DNA from: Alcanivoracaceae bacterium
GTDB taxonomy: Bacteria > Pseudomonadota > Gammaproteobacteria > Pseudomonadales > Alcanivoracaceae
Direction of reading: 5' to 3'
Assembly (NCBI GenBank): GCA_023146255.1
Contig: JAGLCJ010000016.1
Location: forward strand, 14,478 to 78,477
DNA length: 64,000 nt
Part shown: in pieces, positions 9,323-18,001 of the stretch
How the letters are laid out: each line of letters opens with the position of its first letter
Position numbering within the stretch: position 1 is the first letter of the stretch
The notes under the pieces: model-generated
Seen by the model: only the letters and a program-made list of their open reading frames with translations
Told to the model about the DNA's origin: nothing
Database searches by the model: none
Translations under genes and position numbers: made by a program

Positions 9323-10423
9323 TCAGGGAGCAGCATCGATGCGCGCCTGAATATCCCCCCAGTGATAAAGATGAAAACTCCTGTCTTCTGACATCATCAC
9401 CAGCATGCCCTGCGGAAACTGCGGCGACAGTGACAGCGATGTGGCCTCAATGCCGTCCGTCAGAACTGATGCCACAGGAATTGCGGCTAACTGGGGGTGA
9501 TGATGCAAATCAATACCCACGCCTTCACGTGGATAAACTTGCAAACGTAATGCATGTTGATCTGAGACAAGAATGTAGCCTGTACCAGGCCCTGTCGAGT
9601 AAATGGCTATTCCTTCACGATCACGCAGGAAAGGCACTGAACCGGCAGCCACAAGGTCCTCATTGCGCCCGATCAGGGCAATCTCATCGTCGCCATTATC
9701 CGGGTCTGCATGGTATTTTCGTACCGCATAGCGCTCATCCGAGTAATAAACGTATCCCAGCTCCTGGTCCACGGCTATGGCTTCAATTTCACCACTGCCA
9801 CTAAACAGACCGAACCGGCGCACCAGCGTGGCAACAAACTGACCACTACCATCACCCTCTAACAGGTACTGCCACAGGTACTCACCACTGTCTCCGGATT
9901 TGCTACTGAGAATAACAAACAGGGCATCATCAGAGGGCCTCTGATACAGCGCTACGCCCATCGGCTCCAGATTCGGCTCCTCAACAAATACCGGCAGCCC
10001 CCCTGCATCAAGGGGGGTCATGTCAGGAACACTGAATATCCTGAGTTTTCTCGCCGCCCGCTCTGTAACCACAGCAATGTCGACCATGACACCGTCAAGA
10101 AAAATGTCATGCAGGATGTCGACGTTGTTGGGTCCGTCCAGGCCCGCAACAACACTGCTTTCAACAATGTTGCCATCCAGCGAAAATGCGTACAGCCCGC
10201 CACTGCTCCGGATCTTGTCCGTGCCGAACACCAGGCTTTCGGAGAAATTGGAAGAATTGATCCATATCGCGGGATCATCTGCATCACCGGGCACAGGCTC
10301 GGTGATGACCTGAGGAATAACCGCATCAGGCGCTGGCTCCGGCAGCCGACTGTCATCAGTGCAAGCCACCATAACTGCGCATGCAACAGCCAGAAGTAGA
10401 AGTGAAGACGGAGCCCATCTCAT
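9323..10423 (-). CDS. Beta-propeller phytase (3-phytase), probable lipoprotein
   Basis: Trimmed to ATG 10423, which has GGAGG 5-9 nt upstream. Signal and lipobox LLLLAVACAVMVAC. BPP blocks DDPAIWI, NNVDI, EIEAIAVD and DREGIAIYSTGPGTGYILVSDQ. Confidence 0.85.
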   Translation of the reverse strand: MRWAPSSLLLLAVACAVMVACTDDSRLPEPAPDAVIPQVITEPVPGDADDPAIWINSSNFSESLVFGTDKIRSSGGLYAFSLDGNIVESSVVAGLDGPNNVDILHDIFLDGVMVDIAVVTERAARKLRIFSVPDMTPLDAGGLPVFVEEPNLEPMGVALYQRPSDDALFVILSSKSGDSGEYLWQYLLEGDGSGQFVATLVRRFGLFSGSGEIEAIAVDQELGYVYYSDERYAVRKYHADPDNGDDEIALIGRNEDLVAAGSVPFLRDREGIAIYSTGPGTGYILVSDQHALRLQVYPREGVGIDLHHHPQLAAIPVASVLTDGIEATSLSLSPQFPQGMLVMMSEDRSFHLYHWGDIQARIDAAP

Positions 10424-10548
10424 AGAAACCTCCTTGAAACCAGCTTCCGGGCAAGCCCCAGCGTAAACCACAGCCCTTCAACTGCTCGCCAACGGGCACG
10501 GCCCGTCGATAAACCGCTGCCATCACCGAAACCGGCTGCAAACAACAT

Positions 10549-10926
10549 TCAGCGCACCCTCAGGATACCCTGATACATATTCATCTGGCAGTGAAAGCGA
10601 TACTCGCCTGCCGCCATGGCCGGAAGCATCAGCATATGGAGTCGGTTAACGGGCAAAGGTTCACTGATGCCGAGCCCCTCAATGATCAGATATTCTGCAC
10701 ATGGACTGGCGTCTTCACGCAGTACCCTGAGCGTCAGCGGCTGCCCCGCCGGGCTGTCAATCAAAGCCGGCGTGTAGGTACCGTTAGCCACCCGGATATC
10801 GATCACCCCATCTTTCGTGCCGACAGCATTTCGCGGCTTCCACAGCCAGAACCACCAGACAATCATCATCATGGCTGTCAAACCGACAGCATTCACCAGC
10901 AACGTAGTCACAGGCAAAGTAGTCAT
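10549..10926 (-). CDS. Cupredoxin-like domain protein (copA-associated)
   Basis: 125 aa with an N-terminal TM helix and a C-terminal [17 protein letters not shown] (His-Cys...Met ligand-like spacing). Its ATG overlaps the copA stop. Confidence 0.75.
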   Translation of the reverse strand: MTTLPVTTLLVNAVGLTAMMMIVWWFWLWKPRNAVGTKDGVIDIRVANGTYTPALIDSPAGQPLTLRVLREDASPCAEYLIIEGLGISEPLPVNRLHMLMLPAMAAGEYRFHCQMNMYQGILRVR

Positions 10927-13448
10927 ACCACCTCCCCGGCGGGATTCGCCCGAAAAAATCTCAACCGATTGGCATTCGAAACAACCGTCACCGATGACAG
11001 GGACATGGCCAGCCCGGCGATCACCGGACTGAACATCATCCCGGTGAGCGGGTAAAGCAGTCCCGCCGCCACCGGAATACCGAGCACGTTGTAGAGAAAT
11101 GCACCAACAAGATTCTGCTTGATGTTACGGACTGTGGCAGACGAAACCGCAATCGCATCAACCACACCATGCAGCGACCCACGCATCAAGGCAATCCCGG
11201 CACTTTCAATTGCCACGTCCGTTCCGGTGCCGATGGCAAATCCGACATCAGCCTCTGCGAGCGCTGGCGCGTCATTAATACCGTCTCCGACCATGGCAAC
11301 AAGCTCCCCGCGATCACGTCGTACGCGCACATGCGACGCTTTATCCGCCGGCAGCACTTCGGCAATCACCTCGTCAATGCCGGCCTCCCTGCCAATCGCT
11401 TCTGCGGTGCTGCGCACATCACCGGTAATCATCACCACTTTGAGTCCGCGTGCATGCATGCGAGCCACTGCTGCATGGGCATCCGGCTTGATCTGATCAC
11501 GCACCCCGATCACGCCGATCAGGGCTTTGTCCAGCGCCAGATACAGAGGCGTGCCAGCCTGATCGGTGATACTGACCACATCTGTCGCTGCCACATCCGC
11601 CTCAACACCTTGCTCACGCAACCAGCGCAAGTTGCCAATTCTCACCAGTTGATCACGATAACGAGCCTGCACGCCCTTGCCATTCTCGGCGACAAAATCG
11701 CTCACCATAGCAGCGGTCAGACTGCGCGCTCTGGCGGCTTCCATCACGGCGAACGCCAGCGGGTGTTCCGAAGCATTTTCCAGCGCTGCTGCCAGAGCCA
11801 GCACCTCGTCCTCCGACCAGCCGGCATAACCGAACACCTTGGTCACCGACGGTTTTCCCTCGGTAATGGTGCCGGTTTTATCGAGAATGATCGTGGTCAG
11901 CTCAGAGGCCGTCTGCAACGCCTCACCCTGACGAATAAGAATGCCGGACTCCGCCGCCTTGCCCACCCCTACCATCACCGACATCGGCGTAGCCAGCCCG
12001 AGCGCACAGGGGCAGGCAATAATCAGCACCGTGGTCAATGCCACCATGGCGTAACTGGCGCGCGGTTCCGGGCCGACATTGAACCAGACCAGCGCTGCGG
12101 CAATGGCCACCAGCATCACCACCGGCACAAATACCGCAGACACCTGATCAGCGAGACGGCCAATCGGCGGACGCGAGCCCTGTGCCTTTTTGACCAGCGC
12201 AATAATCTGCGCCAGCACCGTGTCCTTGCCGACCCGGGTAGCACGATAAATCAGGCTGCCCTGTTGGCTTATCGTGCCGGCAGATACTGTGTCCCCTGCC
12301 TGCTTGCTCACCGGTACCGGCTCGCCGGTCAGCATCGACTCGTCCACTAGTGTGGAACCACTTTCCACCACACCGTCGACGGCAATTTTTTCCCCTGGCC
12401 GAACGCGCAGGCGCATGCCTGTAGTCACTTGTGCAATGTCGATATCCGCCTCACCGCCGTCGTCCGCGACGCGGCGCGCCGTGGTGGCTCGCAAACCAAG
12501 CAGCCGTTTGATCGCCTGACTGGCGCGGCCGCGTGCGCGCAACTCCAGAGCGAGGCCGAGATTGATAAAGCCGATGATCATCGCCGAGGCTTCGAAATAC
12601 ACATGCCTTGCCTGCTCCGGCAGCAGCGATGGCGCCAGCACTGCCACCATCGAGTACAACCATGCTGTGCCGGTGCCGATCGCGATCAGGGTGTCCATAT
12701 TGGCGTTGTGGTGGACAGCGGCCTTCCAGGCGCCAACAAAAAAACGTCCGCCGGCAAATACCAGCACGGCAAGGGTAAGCATGCCAATCAGCAACCAGCC
12801 CAGCTGGCTTGCAGCGCCGGCATGCACCATCATGCTGCCGCCGAACACCATCCACGCCATCAACGGCGCGCCCAGGCCCAGCGCCAACCAGGTGTCGCGC
12901 ATCAGACGACGATAAAGTTTCTGCTCGGCGCGCTCACGTTCCTCCTCCAGCGAATCCTCATCTTCGACTACCGATGCGCCGTAGCCAACCGCCTCGACAG
13001 CAGCGATAAGATCCTGCGGGTTTGCTCCACCCATCACGTGCGCGCTGTGATCGGCCAGATTCATGCTGGCCTGCTCAACTCCCGGCACCGACGACAGCGC
13101 GGTTTCGATCGTGCGCACACAGCTGGCACAGGTCGCACCGGTAATGGCCAGACGCATGCCATCGCCACCTGATTCAATCTGTCGAGGTGGGCCATCAATA
13201 CTGCAGTGGTCAGGCTCTGTCTCCGGATCCGCGTCCGCCGATACACTCTCTGCGGGATAGCCAGCCTGTGCCAGCGCCGCCATAACTGGCGCAGAATCGT
13301 TGCCATCAATGCGCAGTGCAACGCTCTTGCCAGTGATATCAATGGCAATATCATGAACACCGGCGAGCGGCTCCAGCGCGGCCCGAATCTTGCGCGCGCA
13401 ACCACCACATTTCATCGCCGGAATCGAAAAGCGGACTAAAGTAGACAT
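10923..13448 (-). CDS. copA: Copper-translocating P1B-type ATPase
   Basis: 841 aa with two N-terminal HMA domains (CGGC, GATCASC), CPC motif ([13 protein letters not shown]), DKTGT and GDGINDAP. Confidence 0.95.
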   Translation of the reverse strand: MSTLVRFSIPAMKCGGCARKIRAALEPLAGVHDIAIDITGKSVALRIDGNDSAPVMAALAQAGYPAESVSADADPETEPDHCSIDGPPRQIESGGDGMRLAITGATCASCVRTIETALSSVPGVEQASMNLADHSAHVMGGANPQDLIAAVEAVGYGASVVEDEDSLEEERERAEQKLYRRLMRDTWLALGLGAPLMAWMVFGGSMMVHAGAASQLGWLLIGMLTLAVLVFAGGRFFVGAWKAAVHHNANMDTLIAIGTGTAWLYSMVAVLAPSLLPEQARHVYFEASAMIIGFINLGLALELRARGRASQAIKRLLGLRATTARRVADDGGEADIDIAQVTTGMRLRVRPGEKIAVDGVVESGSTLVDESMLTGEPVPVSKQAGDTVSAGTISQQGSLIYRATRVGKDTVLAQIIALVKKAQGSRPPIGRLADQVSAVFVPVVMLVAIAAALVWFNVGPEPRASYAMVALTTVLIIACPCALGLATPMSVMVGVGKAAESGILIRQGEALQTASELTTIILDKTGTITEGKPSVTKVFGYAGWSEDEVLALAAALENASEHPLAFAVMEAARARSLTAAMVSDFVAENGKGVQARYRDQLVRIGNLRWLREQGVEADVAATDVVSITDQAGTPLYLALDKALIGVIGVRDQIKPDAHAAVARMHARGLKVVMITGDVRSTAEAIGREAGIDEVIAEVLPADKASHVRVRRDRGELVAMVGDGINDAPALAEADVGFAIGTGTDVAIESAGIALMRGSLHGVVDAIAVSSATVRNIKQNLVGAFLYNVLGIPVAAGLLYPLTGMMFSPVIAGLAMSLSSVTVVSNANRLRFFRANPAGEVV

Positions 13449-13478
13449 GTCATGCTCCAGACAATTTTGATGGAACCA

Positions 13479-13510
13479 GTGTCAAACCCCGGTGCCACTC
13501 CAAGGTCAAG
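13479..13510 (-). promoter_or_regulatory. MerR/CueR-type promoter of copA (19-bp spacer)
   Basis: The minus strand reads CTTGACC-TTGGAGTGGCACCGGGGTT-TGACAC. That is a -35 TTGACC, a 19-nt spacer carrying an imperfect dyad ACCTTGG-N7-CCGGGGT, and a -10-like hexamer about 30 nt before the copA ATG. The architecture matches CueR-activated promoters as I recall them. Confidence 0.55.
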
Positions 13511-13545
13511 CCACGACTGACCGTTTATCGAAATATCTCGCCATT

Positions 13546-13884
13546 TCAATCACGCAGTTTCTTCAGATCGTCCCTGACCGGCATACGCTTGAACATGCTG
13601 ACATTACTACCACCGGTATTGCCGTCCGGCAGTACACCGACCGCAGAGCCGATGCCACCGAGCACAATCCGTACTGCCTGCCCGACCACCGCTGCCGGTC
13701 GGCGGCGACGCCACTCCAGCTTCAACATGGCCCAGTGCGAACGAACATGTGGCAGCACGTATTTCTGACCAATCACATGGGCGCGCTCGAGATGGCGAAA
13801 CCCGGTTTCAAGATCACCCTCATTAATAAAACCCTGTGCTGCAGATAATTCCCGCTCGAAGGCGGCGCGCTGTTCCGGCTTCAT
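13546..13884 (-). CDS. DUF3703 domain protein
   Basis: 112 aa. The sequence (RELSAAQGFINEGDLETGFRHLERAHVIGQ..., C-terminal hydrophobic segment) matches the DUF3703 pattern from memory. Confidence 0.65.
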   Translation of the reverse strand: MKPEQRAAFERELSAAQGFINEGDLETGFRHLERAHVIGQKYVLPHVRSHWAMLKLEWRRRRPAAVVGQAVRIVLGGIGSAVGVLPDGNTGGSNVSMFKRMPVRDDLKKLRD

Positions 13885-13996
13885 GATGAACTCCCCGGTA
13901 GATAGACAACGACAGTTTCAACCCGTTGGTTACCCCCAGGTCAAGGGAACAGGTTCGGGATGACGCACCCGGCCACCGGCCACTACAATCAGCGCC

Positions 13997-14686
13997 ATGC
14001 CGAACCTGCTGATCCGCCATTTTCCCCGCGTCGACTACCCGCCCTGCTGGCAGGCGATGAAGAACTTTACCGACCAGCGTGACGAGCACACGCCGGACGA
14101 GCTGTGGCTTCTCGAGCATCCCGATGTATTCACCCTGGGACAGGCCGGCAAGCCGGAGCACGTGCTGAATCCGGGGCCGATCCCGCTGGTGCAGACCGAT
14201 CGTGGCGGCCAGGTGACCTGGCATGGCCCGGGGCAAACAGTGGGCTACCTGCTGTTCGATATCGCCCGCATGGGCATCGGCGCCCGCGAACTGGTCAGCC
14301 GGATCGAGCAGGCCATCGTCGACTATCTGGCGACACTGGATATCGAGGCAGCGCCGCGTAAGGATGCCCCGGGGGTGTATGTCGGCACCGCCAAGATCGC
14401 CTCGCTCGGCCTGCGTATCCGCCATGGCCGCAGTTACCACGGCCTGTCATTGAACCGCGATGTCGATATGGCCGTATTCCAGCGCATTAATCCCTGTGGC
14501 CATATTGGTCAGCCGATGACCAGTCTGGCCCTGCTCGGTGCCGATCCCGGTCGGACCGCGGTTGAAGCCGGCCTGCAGCAGACCCTGTGTCAGCACTTTG
14601 CATTCGACAACGTCACTGCCGCCGGGCTGCCGGACTGGTACACTGGCGCCCTGTCCGAATCCCCGCAGGAGTCCCCCTCGCCATGA
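13997..14686 (+). CDS. lipB: Octanoyltransferase LipB
   Basis: 229 aa with LipB blocks [14 protein letters not shown] and [12 protein letters not shown]. Confidence 0.93.
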   Translation: MPNLLIRHFPRVDYPPCWQAMKNFTDQRDEHTPDELWLLEHPDVFTLGQAGKPEHVLNPGPIPLVQTDRGGQVTWHGPGQTVGYLLFDIARMGIGARELVSRIEQAIVDYLATLDIEAAPRKDAPGVYVGTAKIASLGLRIRHGRSYHGLSLNRDVDMAVFQRINPCGHIGQPMTSLALLGADPGRTAVEAGLQQTLCQHFAFDNVTAAGLPDWYTGALSESPQESPSP

Positions 14687-15660
14687 GCGAATCGCGTCCG
14701 GTCCGTCGCAAGGTTGCCCCCGGTGAAAAACTGCGCGGCGCCGACAAGGTGCGCGCCATTCCGGTGGTCAACGAACCGGTGATCCAGCGCAAGCCAAGCT
14801 GGATCCGGGTGCGGGTGCCGGCCAACGGCGAAATCCAGCGAATCAAGTCGATGCTGCGGCGGCAGAAGCTGCACACCGTCTGCGAGGAAGCCTCCTGCCC
14901 GAACCTGCCGGAGTGTTTCGGCAGCGGCACCGCTACTTTCATGATCATGGGCGATATCTGCACCCGTCGCTGTTCGTTCTGCGATGTCGGCTTTGGCCGG
15001 CCGAAGCCGCTGGATGTGGATGAGCCCAAGCATCTCGGCGAGAGCGTTGCCGATCTGGCATTGAAATATGTGGTGGTCACCTCGGTGGATCGTGATGATC
15101 TGGCCGATGGTGGCGCGCAACATTTTGCCGAATGCATTGGCGAGATCCGCAAACAGTCGCCGGGCACCCGCATCGAAGTGCTGGTACCGGATTTCAAGCT
15201 GTGCATGGACGAGGCGCTGGCAATCTTCGCCACTCAGCCGCCGGATGTATTCAATCACAACATCGAAACCGTGCCGGAGCTGTACAAAACCATTCGCCCC
15301 GGTGCCAAGTATGACCACTCGCTGACACTGCTGAAGAAATTCAAGGCACAGCATCCTGACATCGCCACCAAATCCGGCATCATGGTCGGCTTGGGTGAAA
15401 CTTTCGATCAGGTCATCGCTGTGCTGAAGGATCTGCGTGCCCACGATGTTGACATGCTGACCATCGGCCAGTATCTGCAGCCGAGCAAACACCATGCGCC
15501 AGTGGAGCGTTATGTGCACCCGGATGAATTTCGCCAATACGCAAAGGTTGCCGAAGAACTTGGCTTCAGCTCGGTGGCATCAGGACCGATGGTGCGCAGC
15601 TCCTATCACGCCGACCTGCAACATCAGGGGATCGACGTGGGCCAGCTGCACAGCCACTGA
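14683..15660 (+). CDS. lipA: Lipoyl synthase LipA
   Basis: ORF 14587..15660 trimmed to ATG 14683, which overlaps the lipB stop. Radical-SAM CxxxCxxC (CTRRCSFC) plus the auxiliary cluster cysteines ([12 protein letters not shown]). Confidence 0.93.
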   Translation: MSESRPVRRKVAPGEKLRGADKVRAIPVVNEPVIQRKPSWIRVRVPANGEIQRIKSMLRRQKLHTVCEEASCPNLPECFGSGTATFMIMGDICTRRCSFCDVGFGRPKPLDVDEPKHLGESVADLALKYVVVTSVDRDDLADGGAQHFAECIGEIRKQSPGTRIEVLVPDFKLCMDEALAIFATQPPDVFNHNIETVPELYKTIRPGAKYDHSLTLLKKFKAQHPDIATKSGIMVGLGETFDQVIAVLKDLRAHDVDMLTIGQYLQPSKHHAPVERYVHPDEFRQYAKVAEELGFSSVASGPMVRSSYHADLQHQGIDVGQLHSH

Positions 15661-15686
15661 AAAAAACCATACAAAGGAGTGTCAGC

Positions 15687-16157
15687 ATGAACAATCCGTA
15701 TCAGTCCCCGGCCGCAGCGGTAACACCTGACGATCCGATGGCAGCACTGCAATATGGCGGCTTCTGGCGTCGTGTCGGAGCTTCCGTCATCGATTCCATT
15801 CTGATCCTGCTGGTAACGGCGCCTTTCCTGTATGCGTTTTATGGCGAGAGTTTCTATGCCGAGCAAAGCCTGATACGCGGCCCCGCTGACTTCATCATCA
15901 GCTACCTGTTTCCCGCCGTCGCTTCGATCACTTTCTGGGTTTACAAGTCGGCCACGCCGGGCAAGATGGTGTTTGGCTTGAAAATTGTAGATGCGGAAAC
16001 GGCGGGGCCGTGCAGCACCGGCCAACTGATTGGTCGTTACCTTGGTTACTACCCGTCGTTTCTGGTGATTGGACTGGGCTTTATCTGGATCGCGTTCGAC
16101 AAACGCAAGCAGGGCTGGCATGACAAGATGGCCGGCACCGTGGTAATCCGCAATTGA
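15687..16157 (+). CDS. RDD family membrane protein
   Basis: 156 aa with a small cytoplasmic N-terminus and three hydrophobic segments. The RDD-like sequence includes GWHDKMAGTVVI near the C-terminus. Confidence 0.7.
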   Translation: MNNPYQSPAAAVTPDDPMAALQYGGFWRRVGASVIDSILILLVTAPFLYAFYGESFYAEQSLIRGPADFIISYLFPAVASITFWVYKSATPGKMVFGLKIVDAETAGPCSTGQLIGRYLGYYPSFLVIGLGFIWIAFDKRKQGWHDKMAGTVVIRN

Positions 16158-16167
16158 TATTGAATCC

Positions 16168-16188
16168 GGGGCGCATCAGCGCCCCTTT
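16168..16188. terminator. Hairpin between convergent RDD gene and mpl
   Basis: GGGGCGC-ATCA-GCGCCCC followed by TTT. The mpl stop codon lies in the loop. Confidence 0.5.
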
Positions 16189-17531
16189 AACGCCGTAACC
16201 AGCTTGCGGTGAACGCCGCCAAAACCGCCATTGCTCATGATCACCACGTTCAGCGGCGAGCTATCTCGAGCACAGATATCAGCAATCACCGCATCAATGC
16301 TCGACAGGGTTTTGGCCGGGACTTTTGATGCCTTGACCACATCATCCAGCGACCAGTTGATACCTTCCGGCTGATACCAGATCACTTCATCTGCTGCCAG
16401 CACACTGTCCGCCAGCTTGTCGCGATGCGCCCCCATGCGCATGGTATTGGAGCGCGGCTCAATCACGGCGATGATTTTTTCCTTGCCGACTTTTTTCCGC
16501 AGCCCTTCCAGAGTGGTGGCAATCGCCGTCGGGTGATGGGCAAAGTCATCATAGACGCGCACGCCGCGCGCCTCGCCAACCAGTTCCATGCGCCGTTTGA
16601 CGCCGAGGAAATCGCCGAGCATCTCGCAGCCCTGCGCCAGCGATACGCCAACATGCCGTGCCGCCAGTAGCGCTGCGACACCATTTTTCACGCTGTGCAA
16701 GCCAGTTTGCCCCCAGCGCACCTCACCGACTTTTTTACCGTTTTCCAGCACGGCGAAGTGGCTGCCATCATCACTAAGCAGCTGCACATCAATGCCGGCA
16801 CCGGCACCGAACCGCTCCACTTCGCTCCAGCAGCCTTTCTCCAGCACTTCTTCCAGCGCGGCTTCGCCAGTTGGCAGAATGATCCGGCCGTTACCGGGAA
16901 TGGTGCGGACCAGATGATGGAACTGTTTCTGGATGGCGCCGAGGTTTTCAAAGATATCGGCGTGATCGAATTCGAGGTTATTGAGAATCGCCGTGCGCGG
17001 CCGGTAGTGAATAAACTTGGAGCGCTTGTCGAAAAATGCGGTGTCGTACTCGTCCGCTTCAACCACAAAAAACGGGGTATCGCCAAGACGCGCTGACACC
17101 GGAAAATTCCCCGGTACGCCACCAATCAGAAAGCCCGGCGCCATGCCGGCCGCTTCCAGCAGCCAGGCCACCATCGACGAGGTAGTGGTCTTGCCATGGG
17201 TGCCGGCGACAGCAATGACCCAGCGCTCCGGCAGCACCACGTCGGCCAGCATCTGTGGGCCGGAGGTATAGCGCAGGCCGCGATTCAGCACTTCTTCCAC
17301 CGCCGGGTTACCGCGGCTCATGGCATTGCCGATCACCACCAGATCCGGTGCCGGATCGAGCTGGGCAGCGTCGTAACCTTCGTGAATCTCGATGCCAGCG
17401 GCGCGCAGCTGGTCCGACATCGGCGGGTAGACGTTGGTATCGGCGCCGGTCACCCGGTGACCCATGTCCCGCGCCAGTTGCGCCAGCGAGCCCATGAAGG
17501 TGCCGCAAATACCGAGAATGTGAATGTGCAT
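16176..17531 (-). CDS. mpl: UDP-N-acetylmuramate:L-alanyl-gamma-D-glutamyl-meso-diaminopimelate ligase
   Basis: 451-aa Mur-ligase family protein with an Mpl-type N-terminus MHIHILGICGTFMGSLA and the GTHGKTTT P-loop. Confidence 0.9.
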   Translation of the reverse strand: MHIHILGICGTFMGSLAQLARDMGHRVTGADTNVYPPMSDQLRAAGIEIHEGYDAAQLDPAPDLVVIGNAMSRGNPAVEEVLNRGLRYTSGPQMLADVVLPERWVIAVAGTHGKTTTSSMVAWLLEAAGMAPGFLIGGVPGNFPVSARLGDTPFFVVEADEYDTAFFDKRSKFIHYRPRTAILNNLEFDHADIFENLGAIQKQFHHLVRTIPGNGRIILPTGEAALEEVLEKGCWSEVERFGAGAGIDVQLLSDDGSHFAVLENGKKVGEVRWGQTGLHSVKNGVAALLAARHVGVSLAQGCEMLGDFLGVKRRMELVGEARGVRVYDDFAHHPTAIATTLEGLRKKVGKEKIIAVIEPRSNTMRMGAHRDKLADSVLAADEVIWYQPEGINWSLDDVVKASKVPAKTLSSIDAVIADICARDSSPLNVVIMSNGGFGGVHRKLVTALKGR

Positions 17532-17629
17532 GTTTCAGGAGCTCCGGAAATCGTCGGGGCAGTGTAGCGGGCCGGGTTTCTGTTGGCACCTGCGAGGCGT
17601 ATCAGTTCAGGTGGGCAGTGACCTTCGCC

Positions 17630-17743
17630 GGTTGTGGCGGTCATCAGGGATTGCCGGGACACGCCGTGAACCCGTCCCTGGGGGCTTGCGTTCGCCATCC
17701 ATGGCTCACACAGTCCCGGCAACCCCTGATGACCGCCACAACC
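17630..17743. repeat. Family A palindromic element, copy 1 (114 bp)
   Basis: The terminal about 31 nt are reverse complements with one mismatch. The core is shared with 19314-19427 and 29903-30016. It lies in the mpl/pfk divergent intergenic region. Confidence 0.85.
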
Positions 17744-17821
17744 TCGCATCCCCTTCTTTCACACTTTCCGCTCTGGTTTTTCTGGATCATGACTGGCATC
17801 ACTGTCTCAACCGGCACCGGG

Positions 17822-17892
17822 CGAGGGGTGGCATAGCCCGGTACACCAAGCGATTAACGGGGAGCGACTGTACCGGGCTATGCCACCCCTCG
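17822..17892. repeat. Family B hairpin element, copy 1
   Basis: CGAGGGGTGGCAT-AGCCCGGTACACCAAGCGATTAACGGGGAGCGACTGTACCGGGCT-ATGCCACCCCTCG. The 45-nt core is identical to the one at 56985-57059. Confidence 0.85.
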
Positions 17893-18001
17893 GCCTCCCT
17901 CGGCCCGCACCGAGGCATTACCCAAGCCAGACCGTGCGCCCACCGAGCAATATCTTTAGAATGCGCGCCAATCCGCCCGCCCCTTCAGGAGCCCCGATCC
18001 C

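Noticed and set aside
11169-12350. 393-aa plus-strand ORF inside copA
   Set aside because: It is antisense to a P-type ATPase that has all canonical motifs. The sequence is His/Arg/Gly-rich and not protein-like.
10923-13448. Atypical first metal-binding domain of CopA (CGGC)
   Set aside because: It is still a CxxC within an HMA-like fold, and such variation is common among CopA N-termini.
7893-13884. Genomic island bounded by mobility genes or att repeats
   Set aside because: The synteny break is real and is reported as a finding. I found no integrase, transposase, tRNA or flanking direct repeats, so I do not call it a mobile element.
14590-15537. 315-aa minus-strand ORF antisense to lipA
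   Set aside because: lipA on the plus strand is unambiguous, so this is an antisense artefact.
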